From an uncultured Chloroflexia bacterium (GTDB lineage Bacteria > Chloroflexota > Limnocylindria > Limnocylindrales > CSP1-4), in NCBI GenBank assembly GCA_963707215.1, contig CAVPPB010000003.1, forward strand, positions 1,504,001 to 1,568,000: DNA of 64,000 nucleotides, read 5' to 3'. Positions 58,701 through 64,000 of this stretch are shown here, piece after piece (positions within the stretch are counted from its first letter, which is position 1; each line of letters opens with the position of its first letter). Both the position numbers and the translations under genes were made by a program. The notes below the pieces were generated by a model. It saw only the letters and a list, made by a program, of their open reading frames with translations. It did not search any database and was not told the DNA's origin.

Positions 58701-59302
58701 CGGCGGCAACGAGGATCCGGGAGTTGCTCGAGGGCACCTCGAACACGCAGTCGTTCGCAGTGACCGTCACCTACGCCGCCGACGTCGCCATCGCGGAGGG
58801 ACGGCTGCGTGACGCCCTCGCCGAGGCGTCGAAGATCACGAGCGGGAACTGGCTGTACTTCGCGCTGCACTACCGACTGCGGGCCGCGCTCCGCCTTCGC
58901 GATGTCGCGGCTGCCCGAGCCGCAGCCGAGACGCCAGCCTATCTGGCCGAGGTCGGGCGGCTCAGGGACGTCGAACGTCGCGTGGCGGGGGCCGGCCTTG
59001 CCGCCCTCGCGGATCGTCGCGACGACGCGGTATCGATGTACCAGGACGCTTCCCGTGCGCTGCGCTCGATCGACGCTCCGCTGATCCTCGCCGACGCCAT
59101 GCTCGATGCCGCGTATGTGCTTGGTCCCGACGACCCGGCCGTGCCGGCGATGGCCGACGAAGCGCGGTCGATCTACGAGCGACTGGGCGCCCGGGTGCTG
59201 ATCGACCGTCTCGACGAGGCGATGGCCCGCGGCACACCGGGACGCCCCGGTGCGTCCGTCGCGACGCCCTCGACCGAGGTGAGCACCCGCACCGAGGGCT
59301 GA
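55739..59302 (+). CDS. Double zinc ribbon + class III adenylate cyclase + AAA/STAND ATPase + TPR protein
   Basis: CPSCG..FCASCG..CASCG..FCGECG; FADLVGFT, KFIGDAVMA, GDLVNTAARLQ; GQAGIGKS, FEDIHWAD; helical repeats. Confidence 0.93.
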   Translation: MDCPSCGADNRPERKFCASCGSALGWHCASCGASNLPDERFCGECGTRRPDAGASPTPGPANAAAASPGPGSRPQVAPSAGERRLVSVLFADLVGFTSLSGELDIEAVRDLQSAYFDASRTVIERYGGTVEKFIGDAVMAVWGYPTAHEDDAERGVRAALDVVDAVAALGETHRMGSLAARAAVATGEAAVTLGAVGQGMVTGDLVNTAARLQGAAEPGSVIVDESTQHATHQAIALERIGDLTLKGKDVPVPAWRASAVVAGRRGAGRGEGVESPFVGRRTELRALKDALAATSAEGRARLVAIVGQAGIGKSRLAWELEKYVDGVSETIYWHRGRSPAYGEGVAYWALGEMVRERAGIAESDDAAANSAKLDAMLEQYLDDPTERRWLLPHLRTLLGFEEQAGGDRTEQFAAWRRLFEAISERGTTALVFEDIHWADDGLLDFIDSLLEWSRERPLLVVALARPELLERRPGFGTASRNALRLHLDPLTTDEMRELLGNLAPDLPDASLTATLERAEGIPLYAIELVRMLRSAAGETDQVVDPADLEIPPTLQALVGARLDALEADDRSLVQVAAVLGQSFTLPALVAVADRPAEALEPRLRSLVRREILAVDADPRSPERGQYGFVQSVIREVALSTLSRRDRRTRHLAAARYFESLGDEELAPVLAAHYLDAYRAAPDDEQGAAIKAQARVAVRASADRAARLHNYDQAIRGIGEALVLTDDDAERAALLLRQAELSEAGARLTEGRTIAERARGAYEAIGDAHGVLTATALIGRIELSDGRIDEATAALERSLEGLDPAADPDVYARLASLLARAHMLANRYAPGLEWTDRALAAAGPIRLTETIADALNSRGVMLQESGRLDEALLLIRAAIQLAADNHHSHAELRARYNLAGRLFSDDPRASSEVINGAIDVATRTGRRDWQVLCATFAAVIDESIGEWDQALRTIDDLGARVDPSSHEVDAVAARAAIEARRGDREAWPAAATRIRELLEGTSNTQSFAVTVTYAADVAIAEGRLRDALAEASKITSGNWLYFALHYRLRAALRLRDVAAARAAAETPAYLAEVGRLRDVERRVAGAGLAALADRRDDAVSMYQDASRALRSIDAPLILADAMLDAAYVLGPDDPAVPAMADEARSIYERLGARVLIDRLDEAMARGTPGRPGASVATPSTEVSTRTEG

Positions 59303-59442
59303 CGGTCGGAGTCGCCGCGGGCGTCGAGTGCCGGTCGAGCGGAAGGCCTGCTCCGTCCGGCCGGCTTTTCGGCGCCCTGAAGGGCGGGGTGGCCCTTGAA
59401 TCCGACACCGGTCGCGGGGAGACTGGGGCAAGCAGTCGGGAG

Positions 59443-59511
59443 GCTGGGAAGCACGGTCCAAACGCGAGTCGCCCGGACCGTGCCGAGCCACTGGCGAGAC
59501 CGGCCCGAAGC
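59443..59511 (+). ncRNA. c-di-GMP-II-like riboswitch candidate (GA-bulge variant)
   Basis: GGGAAGC; stem GCACGGTCC(59451-59459)/GGACCGTGC(59475-59483); loop TCGCC pairs with GGCGA(59493-59497) as a pseudoknot; 3' segment GAGCCACTGGCGAGACCGGCCC resembles the class II GAGCUAGUAGUGCAACCGACC pattern as I recall it; lies in the 5' UTR of 59557. Confidence 0.6.
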
Positions 59512-59556
59512 GCTGATCGGAGGCACTCCAGGAAGCGCCAAGGGAGGTCGCGAATC

Positions 59557-59955
59557 ATGCACGCCACCTACCCGGCAGCCATCCAACACCATCCCGGCTG
59601 GTTCGGAGCGTTCATCGGCGCCATGACAGGGGCGCTCCTGATGCTCGGCCTGCTCCTGGTGCTCGACCGTGTCGACCTCAGGACCGCGCAGCCTGCGGCA
59701 CCGGCCGCAGCTGAGCTCACCCAGACGCAGGCGGTCCGGGACCACTGGGTCCGGGAACACCAAGCCGTGATCGCCGCGGACCGCGCCGCGAAGATGCAGC
59801 GGATCTTCGTGCTCGAGCACCACGGCGACCTCGCAGTCCCGGTTCCCGGCACGCTGGCTGACCACTTCACGCGGGAGCACCGGGCCGACATGCTCGTGCC
59901 CGACAGCCTGAGCGGTCACTTCGCCCGGGAGCACCGGGCCGACCTCGCCGGCTAG
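59557..59955 (+). CDS. Small single-TM protein with HxxxEH repeats
   Basis: SD gggagg; TM WFGAFIGAMTGALLMLGLLLVL; DHWVREH, FVLEHH, DHFTREH, GHFAREH; last two repeats are 54 nt apart. Confidence 0.7.
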   Translation: MHATYPAAIQHHPGWFGAFIGAMTGALLMLGLLLVLDRVDLRTAQPAAPAAAELTQTQAVRDHWVREHQAVIAADRAAKMQRIFVLEHHGDLAVPVPGTLADHFTREHRADMLVPDSLSGHFAREHRADLAG

Positions 59956-60024
59956 GGGGCGCGAGAGCGTCGGACCCAGGGGGTGGGACGCCGGTCCCGC
60001 CTCGCGAGGACCCCCGAGGCCTGA

Positions 60025-61491
60025 CTACTCGCCCTGGGCCTTGCTGTAGCCGGCCTCGCCGTCGAACGACTGGAGCCGCTCGACCTGGCTCCAGCGGAAC
60101 CCCGCGCCAGAGATCCGGCCGAGCACGTCGACAAGGTCCGCATCGGTCACTTCGACACCGTCGCGGCCGATGATCCGCAGCCGCCACCAGCGCACGTCAT
60201 CGCTCCCGCTGATCTCACTGGCCGGGTAGACCTTGGTCCCTCGCGAGCTGATCATCTTGAGACGGAGCCGATCGCCGGTGAGGGCCTCGATGGCCGTCCC
60301 CACGCTGACCGGGTCGCCGTCGGCTTCGATCATCACGTCCATCCCGACGAGGACCCGGGGGATGGCCGCGTAGTGCCCCGGCGAGTAGTCCCAGCGCGGC
60401 ATCCGAGCCGCGTCCGAGGGCTCGCGCCGTGGTCGACCTGGGATGGCGGGGCCTCGCTGACCGAGGTTCGCGATGACCGCATCGGTGAAGGCGGTCGTCG
60501 AGGCAGCCTGGGCCGCGTCGCCGCCGGTCTGGCGTGCCAGGTCCTGGGTCATGACGGCACCCGAGGCGAGGGTCGCGAAGACGGCCCCCTCGACCGTGCT
60601 CGCCGCCTCGGCTTCGCCCAGGTGACGGAGCATCATGACCGCCGAGAGGATGAGCGCCGTCGGGTTGATGACGTCCTTGCCGGCGTATTTGGGCGCCGAG
60701 CCGTGGACCGCTTCGAAGATGGCGACGTCGTCGCCGAAGTTCCCGGACGCGGCGAACCCGAGCCCGCCGACGAGTCCCGAGGCGAGGTCGGACAGGATGT
60801 CGCCGTTCATGTTCGTCATGACCAGGACGTCGAACTGGGCCGGGTCCTTGGCCAGCTGGTGGGCGGCGTTGTCGACGATGATGTGGCGCGCCTCGATCTC
60901 TGGGTAGTCCGGCGCGACCTCCTCGAACACGCGCTTGAACAGGCCCTCGGTCAGCTTGAGGATATTGGCCTTCGTCGCGCAGGTGACGAGCTGGCGACCT
61001 TCCCTCCGGGCCAGCTCGAAGGCGTAACGGATGACCTTCTCCGAGCCCTTGCGGCTGACGACCTTGAGCGCCTGGCCGACGTCCGGCGTCTGCATGTGCT
61101 CGATGCCGGCGTAGAGGTCCTCGATGTTCTCCCGGACCACGACGAAGTCGATCCCCTCCCCGCTGTAGCGGGTCGGGACGCCGGGCAGCTCGCGGGCCGG
61201 CCGGATGTTGGCGTAGGTCTCGAAGAGCTTGCGCAAGGTGACGTTGGCGCTCTTCTCGCCGAAACCGACCGGGGTCTCGAGCGGGCCCTTGAGGACGACC
61301 CGGCTGCGCTCGATCGACTTGCGCGTGTCGACCGGGACGCCCGACGAGTCCCCACGCTTGAAGATCTCGGCGCCGGCCTCGGCCCACTCCCACTCGATGG
61401 GCACGCCGGCCGCGTCGATGATGCGGACGGCGGAGCGGACGACCTCGGGGCCGACGCCGTCGCCGGGGATGACGGTGACTGGATGACTCAT
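60025..61491 (-). CDS. icd: Isocitrate dehydrogenase (Thermus/Rickettsia-type with C-terminal domain)
   Basis: [58 protein letters not shown]; C-terminal [11 protein letters not shown]...YSKAQGE. Confidence 0.92.
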   Translation of the reverse strand: MSHPVTVIPGDGVGPEVVRSAVRIIDAAGVPIEWEWAEAGAEIFKRGDSSGVPVDTRKSIERSRVVLKGPLETPVGFGEKSANVTLRKLFETYANIRPARELPGVPTRYSGEGIDFVVVRENIEDLYAGIEHMQTPDVGQALKVVSRKGSEKVIRYAFELARREGRQLVTCATKANILKLTEGLFKRVFEEVAPDYPEIEARHIIVDNAAHQLAKDPAQFDVLVMTNMNGDILSDLASGLVGGLGFAASGNFGDDVAIFEAVHGSAPKYAGKDVINPTALILSAVMMLRHLGEAEAASTVEGAVFATLASGAVMTQDLARQTGGDAAQAASTTAFTDAVIANLGQRGPAIPGRPRREPSDAARMPRWDYSPGHYAAIPRVLVGMDVMIEADGDPVSVGTAIEALTGDRLRLKMISSRGTKVYPASEISGSDDVRWWRLRIIGRDGVEVTDADLVDVLGRISGAGFRWSQVERLQSFDGEAGYSKAQGE

Positions 61492-61627
61492 CGGGGCGGG
61501 ATCCTCGCTGGGGGTGCGGTCTGACGCGTCTCGGGACATCGTAGGTCGAAGGCGTCGGTCGCGGTTGGCGGTTCCCGGCCGTGGGCGAGAGTCCGGTCCG
61601 ATCGGGTGGCCGCCAGCCTGCGGTCGG

Positions 61628-63409
61628 TCACTCCCAGCGCAGCGCCGAGCGAGCACGGCGAGCCCGCTCGAGGGCCGCCTCGACGTCCTCGGCAAGGTCG
61701 GGGTCGGCCAGTGAGTCGCCCATCGCCACGACGTGGCCCATCTTCCGACGCTCGAACACCTCGCGCTTGTCGTAGACGTGGACACGGACCCGCGCGTCGG
61801 CCAGGGCGTCGGCCAGGCCCGTCAGGGCGGCCGGCCGGCGCGGCCCCTCGCCGAGCAGGTTGACCAGCGCGACCGCCTCGTCCTGGCTGGGATCGCCGAG
61901 GGGCAGCCCGCAGATCGCCCGTACGTGCTGCTCGAACTGGCTGACCCGGCACGCCTCGACCGTCCAGTGGCCACTGTTGTGGACCCGCGGCGCGAGCTCG
62001 TTGACGACGAGCGAGCCGTCCGGCAGCAGGAACAGCTCGGCCGTCAGCAGCCCGACGAGCCCCACCCCGAGGGCCAGGCGTTCGACGATCGCGGCGGCCC
62101 GGCGGGCGGTCTCGGCGTCGATCGGCGCGGGCGCGACCGACTCCACGAGGATCCCGGCGTCGTGGACGTTGCGGGCGACCGGGAACGGCGCCATCGTCCC
62201 GTCGATGGCGCGGGCGACGATGACCGAGAGCTCCATCCGGAAGCCCAGCTCGACCTCGAGGAGCGCGGCCTCGCCAACGGGCCGGCCGAGCCGCTCGAGC
62301 GCCTCGCGGAGGGCTCGTTCCGCCGCCGCCGCACCACCGGGCTCCGATGCCGAGGGGATGCGGACCTGGCTGCGGCCGTCGTAGCCGCCGATCGAGGCCT
62401 TCAGCCGGAGGGCGACACCCGGGTGCCCGAGCTCGGCCGCCGCTGCGGCCAGGCCCTCGGCGTCGCGGACCTCGCGCCATGGCGCCACGGCCACGCCGTG
62501 GCCCTCCACGAAGCGACGCTCGGCCAGCCGGTCCTGGGTGACCCGCAGCGGATACGGGCCCGGCCGGACGGGCCGGATGGCGTCGACCGCATCCACGACC
62601 GCCGCATCGACGTGCTCGAGCTCGTAGGTGACGACGGCACAGCCCCCGGCCAATCCCACGGCACCCTCGACGGAGTCATACGGAGCGACGACGACCCGAT
62701 CGGCGATCGCGGCTGCCGGGCACTCGGGGTCGGGATCGAGGACGGCGATCCGGTAGCCCATCGAGCGAGCGGCGAAGCCGAGCATCCGGCCGAGCTGCCC
62801 ACCTCCCAGGATGCCGATGGTCGCCGGTGGCTCGATCGGCCGACGCAGCAGTCCCAGCCGGGCGTAGGCCGTCGAGATCCAGCTCGCCTTGGCATACGCG
62901 TAGACCTGGCTGTCGAGCGGGCCCTCGGATGCCGCGACGATCCCTCGCTTGACCGCCGCGTACTGGCCGCGCAGGTCGGCATCGGCCCGCAGCGCATCGC
63001 GGAACGCCACCTCCCGATCGAAGTCACCCTCGAACGGTGACAGCCCGGTCGGGTGGACGTGGAGGTGGATCCGGAAGCGTTCGCCCCGGGCGACCATCGA
63101 GCCGACGAGGAGCGGCCGGGTCGGAGGGAAGACGTCGGGACCGGGCTGAGGCTGGAACCCGAGCTCGAGAAGCAGCGCGGTGATCTCCGGGATGTCGGCA
63201 GGGTCGGCCTGGACCGCGAGGTCGACGACGTTCTTGCCGGGCAGCCCGGGGACAGCGGAGCTGCCGACGTGCTCCAGCTCGAGGCCCGGGCGGCGCTCGC
63301 CAATGAGGGCACCGACCGCCTGGGCCACGTCCACGACCCGCGGATCCCAGGCGTGGATGGCCGCGGGCTCGCGCTTGTATGGGCCGATGGGGCGGTCGGG
63401 ATCAGGCAC
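61628..63409 (-). CDS. purK: GrpB/UPF0157 domain fused to N5-CAIR synthetase
   Basis: N-terminal EHVGSSAVPGLPGKNVVDL...HLHV...FRDALR...YAAVK...YAYAK; C-terminal GILGGGQLGRM, GGYDGRSQ, NELAPRVHNSGHW, SQFEQHVRA, RKMGHV. Confidence 0.9.
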   Translation of the reverse strand: MPDPDRPIGPYKREPAAIHAWDPRVVDVAQAVGALIGERRPGLELEHVGSSAVPGLPGKNVVDLAVQADPADIPEITALLLELGFQPQPGPDVFPPTRPLLVGSMVARGERFRIHLHVHPTGLSPFEGDFDREVAFRDALRADADLRGQYAAVKRGIVAASEGPLDSQVYAYAKASWISTAYARLGLLRRPIEPPATIGILGGGQLGRMLGFAARSMGYRIAVLDPDPECPAAAIADRVVVAPYDSVEGAVGLAGGCAVVTYELEHVDAAVVDAVDAIRPVRPGPYPLRVTQDRLAERRFVEGHGVAVAPWREVRDAEGLAAAAAELGHPGVALRLKASIGGYDGRSQVRIPSASEPGGAAAAERALREALERLGRPVGEAALLEVELGFRMELSVIVARAIDGTMAPFPVARNVHDAGILVESVAPAPIDAETARRAAAIVERLALGVGLVGLLTAELFLLPDGSLVVNELAPRVHNSGHWTVEACRVSQFEQHVRAICGLPLGDPSQDEAVALVNLLGEGPRRPAALTGLADALADARVRVHVYDKREVFERRKMGHVVAMGDSLADPDLAEDVEAALERARRARSALRWE

Positions 63410-63477
63410 GCCCGGAGTCTAGCGAGCCGTGGGGGCAGCCCGGGCCGACGACCGCGGTCCGGACTCCAGCGCGCTCG

Positions 63478-63879
63478 TCAGATGCCCTCGACGGCGAGGT
63501 CCATCCAGCGGGCCGCATCTGCCTGGCGCCGATCGAAGGTCAGCAGCACGACCGGCGCGGGCAGCCGATCGGCGGCGGCAAGATGGAGCGCATCGAGTGT
63601 CCGGACCTCGTAGCGACAGCCGATCTCGGCTGCGCGGTCGAGACATGCCGGGTCGACCGGGACCACGTGACACCGCTCCAGGTCCTCGCGAAGCCGCTCC
63701 CGGGCGGCCTCGACACCGTCGGGTCCGAAGCCGAGCCGGCACAGCGCGATCTCGGCCTCCGAGCGAGCCAGCGCCGAGACGGCCCAGCTCGGGTCCTCAT
63801 CCATGCGCCGGAGGACGAGCTCGGTCCCTTCCTCCGCGACGTAGCGCTTCAGCAGCGCCGACGTGTCGAGGAACAGCAT
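63478..63879 (-). CDS. vapC: PIN-domain toxin
   Basis: FLDTSALLKRYVAE, E(A)E, RTLDALHLAAA, TFDRRQ. Confidence 0.9.
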   Translation of the reverse strand: MLFLDTSALLKRYVAEEGTELVLRRMDEDPSWAVSALARSEAEIALCRLGFGPDGVEAARERLREDLERCHVVPVDPACLDRAAEIGCRYEVRTLDALHLAAADRLPAPVVLLTFDRRQADAARWMDLAVEGI

Positions 63880-64000
63880 CAGCGCTCGCGCAGCTCGCCC
63901 AGCACGTCGGTGCTCGATCGGCCCGATGGGCTGGGCATCGGCGCCGCGGGGCGGCGGGCCTTGCTCCGTCGTGGCGCGACGACCGCCCCGGTCGCGACCA
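63879..64000 (-). CDS. Probable antitoxin (VapB/Phd-like), C-terminal part
   Basis: Open frame ...LVATGAVVAPRR...SSTDVLGELRER*; TGATG overlap with the vapC start. Confidence 0.65.
   Translation of the reverse strand, partial: VATGAVVAPRRSKARRPAAPMPSPSGRSSTDVLGELRER

Overview
A very GC-rich bacterial chromosomal segment (roughly 70% by eye). Gene content and style suggest Chloroflexota (Limnocylindria/Ellin6529-like) or a similar high-GC monoderm, but this is inference. It holds about 60 mostly housekeeping or accessory CDSs: modAB with a TOBE regulator, an ATP-dependent ligase, an OmpR-type two-component system with HtrA, an osmoprotectant ABC transporter, an acyl-CoA catabolic cluster, fumC, ppgK, purE/purK, icd and vapBC. 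It also holds one tRNA and no CRISPR, integrase or transposase. Most long ORFs in the supplied track are GC-rich shadow frames. Most notable observations: (1) a tRNA-Ile with the rare UAU anticodon; (2) a c-di-GMP-II-like riboswitch variant between a STAND adenylate cyclase and a small membrane protein with HxxxEH repeats, lying between purK and purE; (3) an SulP-STAS-TM-PASTA fusion; (4) a GrpB-PurK fusion; (5) a circularly permuted osmoprotectant-binding protein with an orphaned signal-peptide-like uORF; (6) an 11-bp-phased TC(A/C)CAG operator linking the two-component system, two duplicated secreted proteins and HtrA; (7) pervasive leaderless promoters and short ribosome hand-over ORFs; (8) a rhodanese lacking its catalytic Cys that shares one bidirectional -10 element with a C-S lyase.
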